Shown here piece after piece: positions 28,991 to 39,395 of a DNA stretch of 64,000 bases. A program made the translations under genes and the position numbers. A model generated the notes under the pieces. The model worked only from the letters and a program-made list of their open reading frames with translations, was not told where the DNA came from and searched no databases. Numbering within the stretch: position 1 is the first letter of the stretch; every line of letters begins with the position of its first letter. Origin of the DNA: an uncultured bacterium (lineage in GTDB: Bacteria; Babelota; Babeliae; Babelales; JABCYS01); the NCBI GenBank assembly GCA_963705705.1, contig CAVPKK010000005.1, positions 192,001 to 256,000 of the forward strand, given 5' to 3'.

Positions 28991-29728
28991 CTACAAAGTT
29001 TGGGCAACATCGTTTTTTATAGTATGGTCAACCCGGCGGGTTAATCCAATATTTCCAAAGAATGAAATGATGCTATTGAGATGCTTTTGCTGCTCAATCA
29101 CATCATGTTCAAAATCATGAGTAACATCTAACGTTAATACCGGTACATCATTAATGTATGGTGCAACATCTTTAGCATGCACCAACCAATCCTCATGCTT
29201 GTGGTGCAATCGTTTTAAATAGTCTAAAGAAATTACTTGCTCGCCGGTTCTGCTACGTTTTGTAATCCGTGCATGACAAACTTCGGGATCAACGCGCAAA
29301 TAAATAAAGCCAGCTGGCTTTTGAGTATATGATTCAACAAGCCAGCCAAACCATTCCTTATATAAATTCCACTCTAATTGAGACATTAATCCCATTTCAT
29401 AGCAGTTGCGAGCAAAACAGTAGCGATCCGCAAATACTGAGCGTTCAATAATGAGGGGAAGATTATTATCATTCTTTGATATGGCTTCTTGTGCAACTAC
29501 GCGGCTCACAAAGGCATAGGTTTGAAACGTGTATGCCCAGCGACTAGTATCGGTATAAAATTTTTCAAGAAGATTCTCTTCGCCATCGCCCACGGCTTGC
29601 CATTTTTTATCCGGCTCAAATACAGGCTGTACAGCGAGATGGTCGGCGATAATACGAAGAAATGTTGATTTTCCGGCACCGATATTGCCTTCAATCATGA
29701 GGCTGGTACGTGGATTTGATAGTTGCAT
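28991..29728 (-). CDS. Deoxynucleoside kinase
   Basis: IEGNIGAGKST, EP..W, FY.D..RW...FQ, ERS..ADR, R.R.GE. Confidence 0.93.
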   Translation of the reverse strand: MQLSNPRTSLMIEGNIGAGKSTFLRIIADHLAVQPVFEPDKKWQAVGDGEENLLEKFYTDTSRWAYTFQTYAFVSRVVAQEAISKNDNNLPLIIERSVFADRYCFARNCYEMGLMSQLEWNLYKEWFGWLVESYTQKPAGFIYLRVDPEVCHARITKRSRTGEQVISLDYLKRLHHKHEDWLVHAKDVAPYINDVPVLTLDVTHDFEHDVIEQQKHLNSIISFFGNIGLTRRVDHTIKNDVAQTL

Positions 29729-29942
29729 GATGGGTGACCTTAAACTTTAAAGTTTAAAACTTAGGGTCTAGGTATGTTATTGCTGACGGCGGCAATTTGC
29801 AAGTTGCTATGGCCTCTTCATGATAAAGGAGATGCAGCGAATTTTGGTGTAAAACCAAGCCAGTCTCACAGAATTTGGATCAAACAGTGGTCAAAATGAA
29901 GACTTTTGCTATAGTACTAGCCCTTAAAATAATCCTTAACCT

Positions 29943-31565
29943 ATGAAATATATGCACTATCGCAAACTTTTTACCTTCATTGGCCTTATATTTGTAGCAG
30001 TAACTATGCATGCTGAAGATGATGTTTCAGTACTTTTTACTGATGATGATGATTTGCCAATGTCTGGACTCGGCAAAGACCCAGTTCGTGAGGGCTCCTG
30101 CCCATTTGCTTCCATCGTAGTACCTGTTTTGGCTGAAAGTGGGGCTATCGAAATATTTAAGCAAAATATCTATGTGGGAACGGCTCCGTTCGCGGTTCGC
30201 GATGTACTTGATTTTCCTATTTGGCAAACGCCGCTTCCATCCATTAATCGTTGGAATTTTTCTGTAGATCCTTTCTATAATAAAACCAACCGCAGTGTAT
30301 TTGCTCCGTGCCTGCCAGATATCTGTGGCGGCATTGGTTTCTGCAACCAAGCCTTATTAGATTCTATTCAAAATGCAGCTAATAATATTATCAATAACCC
30401 TACCTTCTACGAGCTGATCGTCCAATATTTGGGCGGTTCAATCGTGAATTTTTTGAAAAATCACAATATCCATGAGGTAGCCGCCGCTTTTGCACCGGCC
30501 ACTATCGAACAAAGACGGGCAGGCGCATTGTTTTCAATCACCGAAAACCGTGACCGCTGGATTGGCGATATTCGAATTCCGCTCTATTGGTTTGAGCGCA
30601 ATATTTTTATTGATGATGCTGATAGAAAAAAGATTGAAGCCATTTTCCCGAAATCGGATGCGCTGAGCGAGGCCGACGCTGAAACGTTTGCGCGGCAACA
30701 TTTGGTAGCTGATAAATTTGGTATTGGTGATCTTCGTTTCACCCTTGCATACCAGCTTATTGATAAGCAAAAGGCCAAGCTAAATCTTGCGGGATTCTTT
30801 ACGGCACCCACAGCTGCCGCATTTCAGCGAGGGATTGTCGGATCGTCATTTGCCTGTGTGCCAGAGCCAGATTTGGATTTGTGTGAACTATTGAATCATG
30901 TCCAAGAAATAAAGGCTAAAACTCAAGCTCTCGGTATTGCCTTTATCGATAGATTCTCGGCGATATTTATGGAAGAGGAGCTTGGCAGTGGAAAGCATTG
31001 GGGCTTGGGTAGTTTCATTGAACCGATAGTAGATTTTAATGATAATGTACATTGGCATGCACGGCTTTTTGCTCAATATTACTTTTCAAATTCTCGAAAG
31101 CGCTATTTTGCTAAAGCTGCCGATATTAATGCATTCAATGCCCACGACTTTTTCAGTACGAATCTTGAGCAGGCTGCCGAGAACCTTATGTTTATAAGCA
31201 AGCGCATCGAAGAAATGTTATTCCCTCAGCAACTTCTGGTCCATGTTCGACCAGGAGCAGTTTGGATGCTCTTAAATGAGTTCATGTTTAATTTTGACCA
31301 TTGGGATGCTTCCATCGGTGTTGATTGGTACCACAAAGGATCTGAGCACCTTGCAATCCCTACATTGCCCGATGATAAGTTATTTATGGTTCAGGAAGCT
31401 ACGCGTGGCGCAGCTGAGGAAATAAAGCTCTTGGGCGGTCTGGGATATACCTTTAGAACTGCTTCTGCTGATTGGTATGTTGGCATGAAAGGTGACGGTA
31501 CCGTCTATAATAGAAATATTGGCAAAGATTGGACGATTGCTCTATCATTAGGTATAAGCTGGTAG
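29943..31565 (+). CDS. Hypothetical exported protein, possible outer-membrane beta-barrel
   Basis: Signal peptide, amphipathic beta strands in the C-terminal half, ends IALSLGISW. Confidence 0.65.
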   Translation: MKYMHYRKLFTFIGLIFVAVTMHAEDDVSVLFTDDDDLPMSGLGKDPVREGSCPFASIVVPVLAESGAIEIFKQNIYVGTAPFAVRDVLDFPIWQTPLPSINRWNFSVDPFYNKTNRSVFAPCLPDICGGIGFCNQALLDSIQNAANNIINNPTFYELIVQYLGGSIVNFLKNHNIHEVAAAFAPATIEQRRAGALFSITENRDRWIGDIRIPLYWFERNIFIDDADRKKIEAIFPKSDALSEADAETFARQHLVADKFGIGDLRFTLAYQLIDKQKAKLNLAGFFTAPTAAAFQRGIVGSSFACVPEPDLDLCELLNHVQEIKAKTQALGIAFIDRFSAIFMEEELGSGKHWGLGSFIEPIVDFNDNVHWHARLFAQYYFSNSRKRYFAKAADINAFNAHDFFSTNLEQAAENLMFISKRIEEMLFPQQLLVHVRPGAVWMLLNEFMFNFDHWDASIGVDWYHKGSEHLAIPTLPDDKLFMVQEATRGAAEEIKLLGGLGYTFRTASADWYVGMKGDGTVYNRNIGKDWTIALSLGISW

Positions 31566-31602
31566 CTCAAAAATTCTGAGTTATCAAAAGAATGAGAGTA
31601 AC

Positions 31603-31637
31603 CCGCTCGTCCTGAGCCTGTCGAAGGATACGAGTGG
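31603..31637 (+). repeat. Family A element, intergenic (possible degenerate copy at 31574-31596)
   Basis: ccgctcgtcctgagcctgtcgaaggatacgagtgg. Confidence 0.9.
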
Positions 31638-31669
31638 CAAGGCAGAAATCGCAGGCTACGGAATACAAT

Positions 31670-32332
31670 ATGATACTGTACCTAATAGCGCTTATGGCAT
31701 TGGCGGGTAACATTACACTTAATGGTGCGCCAGCCCAACCAAAAGAAAAAGAAGCTTTCTTTAAAAATCCGTTAATTCATACACTAGATGCCCCGCGATT
31801 TGGCGGTACCACAATCGGTATCGATGGCCCAACCATCCATGATATGCTGTGGCTCATAAAAGAGATGAAAATAATGGTGCAAGGCACCGCCGAGCGTAAT
31901 AGCCAAATGGTCAGAAAATATCAGTTTGAGGGTAAGAGTTATACCTTAGGCGAGCTGGTGAAAATTGAGTCAGATTTCACGCCGGCACAGCGCCAAGCTT
32001 TTGGCGAAACCCTTCACATTGCCCGCCGGGATTTTGAAGTAAAAACACATGTTTTCCTTGTTCAAATTCAGCTATTAAAAACATTGGTTGTTGATCTTAT
32101 AGATGAATGGTGCGAAACAAGCAAAAAACCTGATAGTTTTTTACGAATTTGGGGCAATCTAAAGGATGATGAGTTTGATTACTTTCATACGCATGTTACT
32201 TCAGCACGCCAGCTGGTCCAGTTTATGGGCGACCTTAAGGACTTTCTAACTAAGCTTATCCAAAGCTGCCCGCATGCCTGGGCTGAATTCGAAGCTCATC
32301 AAAAAGAATATGCTGCGCAAAAGAAGCATTAA
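31670..32332 (+). CDS. Hypothetical secreted helical protein
   Basis: Signal-like MILYLIALMALAG; start uncertain; followed by a terminator. Confidence 0.65.
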   Translation: MILYLIALMALAGNITLNGAPAQPKEKEAFFKNPLIHTLDAPRFGGTTIGIDGPTIHDMLWLIKEMKIMVQGTAERNSQMVRKYQFEGKSYTLGELVKIESDFTPAQRQAFGETLHIARRDFEVKTHVFLVQIQLLKTLVVDLIDEWCETSKKPDSFLRIWGNLKDDEFDYFHTHVTSARQLVQFMGDLKDFLTKLIQSCPHAWAEFEAHQKEYAAQKKH

Positions 32333-32348
32333 TTTTGTAAGGTAAATA

Positions 32349-32378
32349 AAAAGGGCTCGGTGAAAACCGAGCCCTTTT
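32349..32378. terminator. Bidirectional terminator between convergent genes
   Basis: aaaagggctcggt-gaaa-accgagccctttt. Confidence 0.9.
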
Positions 32379-32401
32379 CTGTATTATTAATACAATCTCC
32401 A

Positions 32402-34489
32402 TTAACCAGCAATCGTGCCAGCTACAATGTTAATGTTATCTAATGGATCTAAGATGCCATTATTATCAGTTGGTGCTGGAGCTCCTGGTTGTGTCCATGT
32501 ACGCACTGGAGTGCCTGGTGCGTTTGGATTTAAATCAGGATCATTGGAGTTAGTCGTTTGGGTAGGACCATTCTTATCCAAAATGTTCCTAATCCAGGTG
32601 TTGTTATCTACTACAAATTTATTGATTCGACGAACACCCAATGTGCCATTGAGTGCAATGGTATTATCGATAAATTCACTGTTGTATACATTACCATCTA
32701 AGTTAATACCATATTGTGATGAGTTTCTGAAATCACAACCGATGACTCTATAGCCGTTTATAATGCCAGTAATAGTTGGCAGTACATCCACGGTATTCGT
32801 GGTTGAACCAATCATGCTAAGACAAGCAGCAGCGATACCGTGCGTTACGGTAGTAACCGTACAATTTTGAATATCGCCATAAATGTTATTTTCCATTGGC
32901 AATGGCGGGAAGATAGGCGGTACACCGGAAAAAGTTGTTGCGACCACCCAGATTCCAGTAGCTCCTATATCACCACCAAACGGGTGAACTGGAGTAACAA
33001 GGTTGTTGCAGAAAATACGTTCCATCACACAATTTCTTACGCTTGCTTGACCACAGGTACGGTCAATAACAGCTGGCATACGTATACCAGTAACTGGGCC
33101 CACAGGTGCATTTAAGTCTGAAATAAGGCAATTTTCTATTTCAAAACCACGGGCACCATGGCAGTCGACTCCAAAGATCTCACCGCCGGCAAAAGCTGCC
33201 GCTGCGTTACCAGTGAGATGCGATACCACACAATTATTAATTAAAATTCCGCTCGATAAGTTAATGTCTTCAGGATCAGTAACATTACCTATTGCTCCAG
33301 CAGGATGAATGCCACCAACACATGGACCACTATTATTGGTAACGATGCAATTCTCTACAATTGCTCCGTTAACGCGCTGTAGATCACACAGAGTCAAATC
33401 AACAATGCCGAGCGTCGTCGCATTATTTATGATGGTTGAATGGCTAAATGAGCAATTAGATATGAAGATGCCCGAACTGTACAAGATGCCATTACTACAG
33501 GCAACCAAACCAAGCGGTGGTGATACTGAACCCGGTGCAATTGTTATGAATTGCCCGTTTACATTAGTATTCATCATAGTTAGATTGTTGGTACCAAAGA
33601 AAATATATCCAAGACCAATATCTTGCGCGGTATTTCCACTGCCGTCAGCCGGGCCAGTAAATAAGAAGTTTAACGTGCTGTTGTTATTGATTTGAGAATC
33701 ATCAATCACAATATTGTTGGCATAGTTACTAAAAATACCAACAGCATTAATCACACCGTTGCTTGCGGTATTATTTGAGAAACTACAACTTTTTATGCTG
33801 ACATCAGAGATCGGATTTGCCGATGTGCCACGCATAATCAAACCACCAGAAGCTGGCTGCATATTTTGGAAAATAGGGCCACCGATGGTGCTTGGCTGCT
33901 GACCAATGATCATATTAATAGAGCCAGCGCCTTGGGTATTGATGCCTTCAACACCTTGCATATTTAAGCGTAGCACCCCTTGGTCTACAAACACACCAGC
34001 TGTGCCTTGGTTAGATGCAACGAGGTTGATTAAATTAACATCGGTTGCATTAGCATCGACTGATATACCAAAGGTTGTAGCATTTTGAATGATGCCATTC
34101 CCAACGGTAATAAACTGAACGCCAGATGTCACTTCAACACCAATTGAACCACCTGTCCAATCAATCGTATAAGAATTTAAGTTTAACGTTACGTTATTAG
34201 CTTGAATAGAAATTGCAGATCCGGAAAAGTTTGTGAGATTAGACACGTTGGAACAAAGAGTGTATTTCCCAGGCTCGGTGATCACATACGGAAGATCTTC
34301 TTGGCGTATAGTCACACTACCAACACTACATAGTACCTCATCAAGCTTTTCATCAATATCGCATATTACTTCTTTGACACACGTATTACATCGTGCAGTA
34401 ATATTCGTGGTAGCAAAGAATCCTGCCAATATTAGCAGGAACATGCCTTTAGATTTGCTTGATCGAATCGTTTTTGAATATGCGTTCAT
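32402..34489 (-). CDS. Secreted right-handed parallel beta-helix protein
   Basis: AGGAG RBS; ITEPGKYTL, AISIQANNVTLNLN and repeated IxNCxx; C-terminal GTPVRTW...LDNINIV shared with the 41.8-48.2 kb paralogs. Confidence 0.85.
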   Translation of the reverse strand: MNAYSKTIRSSKSKGMFLLILAGFFATTNITARCNTCVKEVICDIDEKLDEVLCSVGSVTIRQEDLPYVITEPGKYTLCSNVSNLTNFSGSAISIQANNVTLNLNSYTIDWTGGSIGVEVTSGVQFITVGNGIIQNATTFGISVDANATDVNLINLVASNQGTAGVFVDQGVLRLNMQGVEGINTQGAGSINMIIGQQPSTIGGPIFQNMQPASGGLIMRGTSANPISDVSIKSCSFSNNTASNGVINAVGIFSNYANNIVIDDSQINNNSTLNFLFTGPADGSGNTAQDIGLGYIFFGTNNLTMMNTNVNGQFITIAPGSVSPPLGLVACSNGILYSSGIFISNCSFSHSTIINNATTLGIVDLTLCDLQRVNGAIVENCIVTNNSGPCVGGIHPAGAIGNVTDPEDINLSSGILINNCVVSHLTGNAAAAFAGGEIFGVDCHGARGFEIENCLISDLNAPVGPVTGIRMPAVIDRTCGQASVRNCVMERIFCNNLVTPVHPFGGDIGATGIWVVATTFSGVPPIFPPLPMENNIYGDIQNCTVTTVTHGIAAACLSMIGSTTNTVDVLPTITGIINGYRVIGCDFRNSSQYGINLDGNVYNSEFIDNTIALNGTLGVRRINKFVVDNNTWIRNILDKNGPTQTTNSNDPDLNPNAPGTPVRTWTQPGAPAPTDNNGILDPLDNINIVAGTIAG

Positions 34490-34661
34490 ATTCGCTCTCC
34501 TGACTTTTAGGGGTTTAAATTTCAACAAACTCTATGACGTACCGAAATAGAGCAATAAAAAATATTAATGGACAATATTAATGAAATAAAAATTATTCAT
34601 TCTATATTCTCATTTGTCAGAGCCCTCCAAACCATGTGATTCCTAACAAGATTAAGTTATT

Positions 34662-36362
34662 CTATTTTTGTTTAACTGACTTTTTCTTATCGGATTTCTT
34701 ATTGCTTCCCACCTTTTTTGGCGCCACATACTTATAAAAGCCGCTACCGATAAGAAACCACGTATTATTCTTATTAACTTTACGAACAAATACCATCTTG
34801 GTCGTTTTATTTATCTCATATGATACCCAGCCGCCGCCTTGAGCTTGATTGGAAACTTCCAACATTTGATCAAGAAATTTACCTTCATCGTCGCCATACT
34901 TGCTCATATTACGCCAGATAAGGTTGTAGTTATCTCCCCAAATGCGGCAGGTGCCATTAGCATCAAATACAAAAACGCTGAGATCTCCGTTGATGTACGG
35001 TCCGCCGAGATGGCCGAAATTTATTAGCGATGGGATGATCTCATGATGTTGAAAATAATCCGCTGCATTATTTACTAAATCAATGGTACGTTCGCGCTTT
35101 GTATCGGGAAAGGTGCCGCAGCCAATGATTGCTGCCCCGCTGGCATCGCTTACCGATTCAATATAGGAAAGCATTAAGTCATTTTTCCAATCATATTGCG
35201 TCCACCCGCCGCCTGATTTGGCTACCGATATCATCTTTTGTACTATATATTCACCTGTCTGCGATTGGAGATCGAGAAGATTTTGGCCAACAAGATCCGG
35301 ATTTGATCCATCGGCTAAAACATTGCCTTTCATGTCATACATAAAGGTGAATAAATCACCAAACATGAATGGCCCCCCTTTGTGATTAATTGCTTCGATC
35401 GTAGTTTCTCGTCCTTTGGTATTGAATGACGCTACAGCAGCATCGACAAGCTCTATAACCTTATCGGTAGTGCTCTCAGGAAAATAACCTGATCCAATAA
35501 CATATTTTTCCCCACCGGTAGCAGTAACCAATGTTCCATAGCCAATTTTTGGGGCATTATTCCAGGTAAATGGAACCCAGTGTGTGCCATCTTCCGCCGC
35601 CTTTATCAGCTCATCATTTGCCTTGATCAATTCGGGAGTAACTCCTCTGGTACCAACAATCTTTTTCAGATCTTTGCCTACCAAGGCGGCATTGTCGCCA
35701 TGAGCTACGCAAAACCCATTGGGTTTGTAAGCATAGATATACAAGCTTCCTTTGCGGAATGGCCCTGAACTTGCTGTAAAGGTATGCCATGCTTTGATTG
35801 GGCCTTCCGTGTAAAAATATTTGACTGCTTTATCAACCCAAGCAACCATCTCTTCACGCAAAGCAGTCGGATAAAAACTACACCCAAAAATATAAGTAAC
35901 GTTTTCATGTTCCACCGGCACAATGAATGAAGTTTTAAAATATTCTCGCCAGGGATACGTGATCCATGCACTACCACGCTTAAGCATTTTGTTATAGAGA
36001 GCTAATGTAGCTACTCCTGGATTATGACGCACGTCTTTGAGATTGCTCAAGATTGGTTGTTCAAGTGGTTCTTCTGGCACATAGATCAGCCCGGTTGTAT
36101 CAAGCACAAACAATCTTCCTGAACCGATGCGATATTTGCGGTCGCGCGCAAAGGAATCAAATAATGCAACATTGGGTTTTGATTTAAATAAGGCAACGGC
36201 ATCATTAACCAGTTGTTCAATGGTTGCTCGCAATGCCTTGTCATCACTTCTAAATTGGCTTAAATCTTGCACCGAAAGAGCAGCCTTGGAAAGTTTCGTT
36301 TCCACGGCGTTAATATGCATGATGCTACATAGCAGCACTGCTATAAGGCTAATTTTCTTCAT
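34662..36362 (-). CDS. Periplasmic protein of four tandem single-Cache (sCache_2-like) domains
   Basis: Signal peptide; four repeats of [LV..A...F...G / F..G.LYxFxxD..G...A.G / GW..Y.W / IGSGxY]; no further TM. Confidence 0.85.
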   Translation of the reverse strand: MKKISLIAVLLCSIMHINAVETKLSKAALSVQDLSQFRSDDKALRATIEQLVNDAVALFKSKPNVALFDSFARDRKYRIGSGRLFVLDTTGLIYVPEEPLEQPILSNLKDVRHNPGVATLALYNKMLKRGSAWITYPWREYFKTSFIVPVEHENVTYIFGCSFYPTALREEMVAWVDKAVKYFYTEGPIKAWHTFTASSGPFRKGSLYIYAYKPNGFCVAHGDNAALVGKDLKKIVGTRGVTPELIKANDELIKAAEDGTHWVPFTWNNAPKIGYGTLVTATGGEKYVIGSGYFPESTTDKVIELVDAAVASFNTKGRETTIEAINHKGGPFMFGDLFTFMYDMKGNVLADGSNPDLVGQNLLDLQSQTGEYIVQKMISVAKSGGGWTQYDWKNDLMLSYIESVSDASGAAIIGCGTFPDTKRERTIDLVNNAADYFQHHEIIPSLINFGHLGGPYINGDLSVFVFDANGTCRIWGDNYNLIWRNMSKYGDDEGKFLDQMLEVSNQAQGGGWVSYEINKTTKMVFVRKVNKNNTWFLIGSGFYKYVAPKKVGSNKKSDKKKSVKQK

Positions 36363-36374
36363 TGTCTCTCCAAA

Positions 36375-39300
36375 TTAAAAGGCATAGGTGGCAACCACAA
36401 AAAGGTAGGTAAGTACCAGCGGCCAAAAGGCGACCCTCTTGTATGGAATATCGTTTCTACTATAAAACGCCAATATGCTAATGTATGAAAATACGATAAC
36501 TACGTATAAAAATAGAATGAACATCTCTAGGAAAGATACCTGAGTAGTCACAGTAATTGCCCGTACATTTTGATGCAGCAAGATGAGACCAAAAAACAAC
36601 GCTGAATCAGCAGTAACGAATGATAATCTACTACTCAATTTCTCAACAGGGATAAGCGCCATCATAAAGAGTGATAGCAAGATAACAAAAAGCGGTAGCA
36701 GATATTGTAAAACTACCGATGCTAAATTTCGCTTCACGTTTAAATTGAAATCAAGGGTCATGTTGGAGCCCTGGCCTTCATACGTATAAAAGCTTTGTTC
36801 AATACTAAAGTTTGGCAAGTAAAAGGGTTCAACACCCGGCTTTTGCAAGGGATCAAGTGAACGATATGAATCTAAATCCGGTACCAAGATCACCGGTTTT
36901 AATTTTTCAGCCGGCTTTAATAAAAATTCAATACGCTGAGAATCGAATGGCATTTGCTTATACTGCGGATGAAGTTGGTAAATGGTGCCTCTCATCCGCC
37001 AATATACAGTATCGAAACCGTCTTCCTTTATCGTATGTTGTTCATAGATGTCGACCTTAGCCGAGCTATTAGCAATCTCAATGCCCGGTTTAATATCCTT
37101 GTGATGGCTATATATCTTTTGCCATACCTTAAGTTCAAAAGTAATTTTATTCGGGCTTTGAATATCCAAATATTGCAGTTGAATGCCGGTAGAAAGTGGG
37201 ATTGCGGCCGTTCCAAGTTGCAGCTCCATTTCTTGTTTTGCCCGATCAATTGCCACTTCAGATTCAATATAGCCAGTAGGCTCGGCCGACTTTTCTTTAT
37301 AATAAAGGCCTAAAAGTGAAAGAAATCCACCAGCCAAAATCAGTGGGTAGATCCGGCCGAATTTTTGTAGGTTATTAAACAGGCATAGATACAATTGCGC
37401 ATGCAGGAAGAGCCATAAAACTAACAACAGCACCAAAATAATAACCATTCGTTTTCCCAAGGCATGCAATTGGGAAGTAAACACCGAGAAGTCGCTATTT
37501 TTTGCATACACAAACAACGTCCATCCAGATTCAGGAATGGATTGATATATGCCCAGATAATCTAAATTATCTTTCTTGTTTCTAAATCTAATGGATCCGG
37601 AATAACCCTTTTCACTTTCCTTTTGAACGGTTTTCAATGTTGGGTTTAATTCGCGGAAGATTTCATTAAAAAGAACCCCTTGCTCTACAAATAATTTATC
37701 TGGGTAATAAACCAACGCTCCATCATTTTTAAAAATCATTGCGTTTGGTGTCTGCTTAGGGCCGAGTGAACCTACCTTGTCCTTAATGCTACTGTAAGGA
37801 AATGCGGCATATATGAAACCAATAGGCCGTTCTTTTTTCGTATCATTATCGTTATGCATCGGTTCGGCATAGATCAAAATAAGATCTGGGCTTATCTGTT
37901 TCCGTATGGTGGGACCAATCCAAAAAGATTTATTTTTGTGCATCTGCTCAATTAGTAAATCTTTGGGATAGCTGATCTCAGATCCGGAACGAACAGCTGC
38001 TATTGTTTTTGGTGGCGTTGTGGTGCTTACAAATGATAGCGCCAGTAAGCTGGGATACTTGGTTAAGAATTGATCAAAGCTTTTTGTAATCGCATTTTCA
38101 TTTACGACTGGTGATTTTTGGAGATCCGTTGAAGCAATCTCATGAGTTATAGATTTGAACTGCATCAACTGCTGCAATACTAAAGAAGCGGTATGCTGAG
38201 TACCAGTTTTGAACTGCGCTTCCTGCTGAACCGTCACAAGCTGCGCCGTGGACCGATATTCTTTGGCTACTGCAAATAGCCACCAAATACAAACAAGAAG
38301 CAAAACGGCAACAACAATAAATAGGATCTGCTGATAGTGTGATTGCACAAAGGTTTGTAATTGGACAATGGAGAACAGTACAAAAATAAGGATGGATATA
38401 AAAGCAATGGCTAGGAAAAGTATCGCTAGTGCCCATAAAAGATTGGGCACAAAAAGTATATAGGGCAACAATTGCTCAACCGAGATGGTCCATCCTGCCT
38501 TCATGCTATACGAGCGTATTTCCAATTGTGGTATGCGATCGACTACCTCAATACTTGAGCCCAAATTGCCCGACAGTGCCCGTGCGATACTCGCATTCGC
38601 CTCTAACGGAAATTCTTCTTTTAATGCTGCGCTCGTATCTAGATTTGTATTAAATAAAAGTAACCCTTTCTCGTTCTTGCGCAGCGCGACGAAAATATCG
38701 CCACTACTGCCAAGCTCAGCCAAGCACTCAGAAATTACACGTTGCACTGGTTGTAGATCTACAAGTATTGCTAACATGCCACAGAATGTTGATTGAGAAC
38801 CGGCAGTAGTGTCGGTTGATATTGGGCTTAAGACCGGTACACCGATAACCATGAGGGCATGATCAAGCTGGGGAAAATAGCCATAACTTGAATGTGACGG
38901 TGCCAATAATACCGAAACATCATCGAGCAAATTTAATATGGGTGCATAGCTCGCATGAGCTTTAAGATCCAATTTAGTAGTTGGTGTATCTTTGAATGAG
39001 AATTCGACCGATCCGTCTTTTGATACAAATAACAGATCATATGCCTGCGCAAGCAAGTAATTGTTCGCCACATAGTCGTAGAGCCGAAGTGGCACCTCTT
39101 CAGGATCGCCAGCCGCTGGTAATACATTGGCAAGTTGCCCGCATAATAAGCGCACATTGGGAATTTCTAATAATCGCTTAGCACTTTCAAGGCGGGTATC
39201 CAATATTTGGCCGATCGTATCTGATATTCTTTTCTCATATGAATACATGCGGTGCTGTGCAGCAACCAACTGCTTCTTGTGTAGAAAAATGCTCGTACCA

Positions 39301-39395
39301 AAAAAGGCGAGGGCGCAGATTACGGCGATAGGCGCAAACATGCCAAAATATATTCGCTGTTTGGCGAGCCATGCAAGCATTGATTGTAATCTCAT
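36375..39395 (-). CDS. Pentameric ligand-gated ion channel (Pro-loop) fused to two TM-flanked Cache modules
   Basis: MPFDSQRI Pro-loop motif; pre-M1 KR, YLLP in M1, four C-terminal TMs; two dCache-like periplasmic regions (YYPDK, YQSIPESGWTL); ATGA overlap with the upstream gene. Confidence 0.82.
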   Translation of the reverse strand: MRLQSMLAWLAKQRIYFGMFAPIAVICALAFFGTSIFLHKKQLVAAQHRMYSYEKRISDTIGQILDTRLESAKRLLEIPNVRLLCGQLANVLPAAGDPEEVPLRLYDYVANNYLLAQAYDLLFVSKDGSVEFSFKDTPTTKLDLKAHASYAPILNLLDDVSVLLAPSHSSYGYFPQLDHALMVIGVPVLSPISTDTTAGSQSTFCGMLAILVDLQPVQRVISECLAELGSSGDIFVALRKNEKGLLLFNTNLDTSAALKEEFPLEANASIARALSGNLGSSIEVVDRIPQLEIRSYSMKAGWTISVEQLLPYILFVPNLLWALAILFLAIAFISILIFVLFSIVQLQTFVQSHYQQILFIVVAVLLLVCIWWLFAVAKEYRSTAQLVTVQQEAQFKTGTQHTASLVLQQLMQFKSITHEIASTDLQKSPVVNENAITKSFDQFLTKYPSLLALSFVSTTTPPKTIAAVRSGSEISYPKDLLIEQMHKNKSFWIGPTIRKQISPDLILIYAEPMHNDNDTKKERPIGFIYAAFPYSSIKDKVGSLGPKQTPNAMIFKNDGALVYYPDKLFVEQGVLFNEIFRELNPTLKTVQKESEKGYSGSIRFRNKKDNLDYLGIYQSIPESGWTLFVYAKNSDFSVFTSQLHALGKRMVIILVLLLVLWLFLHAQLYLCLFNNLQKFGRIYPLILAGGFLSLLGLYYKEKSAEPTGYIESEVAIDRAKQEMELQLGTAAIPLSTGIQLQYLDIQSPNKITFELKVWQKIYSHHKDIKPGIEIANSSAKVDIYEQHTIKEDGFDTVYWRMRGTIYQLHPQYKQMPFDSQRIEFLLKPAEKLKPVILVPDLDSYRSLDPLQKPGVEPFYLPNFSIEQSFYTYEGQGSNMTLDFNLNVKRNLASVVLQYLLPLFVILLSLFMMALIPVEKLSSRLSFVTADSALFFGLILLHQNVRAITVTTQVSFLEMFILFLYVVIVFSYISILAFYSRNDIPYKRVAFWPLVLTYLFVVATYAF

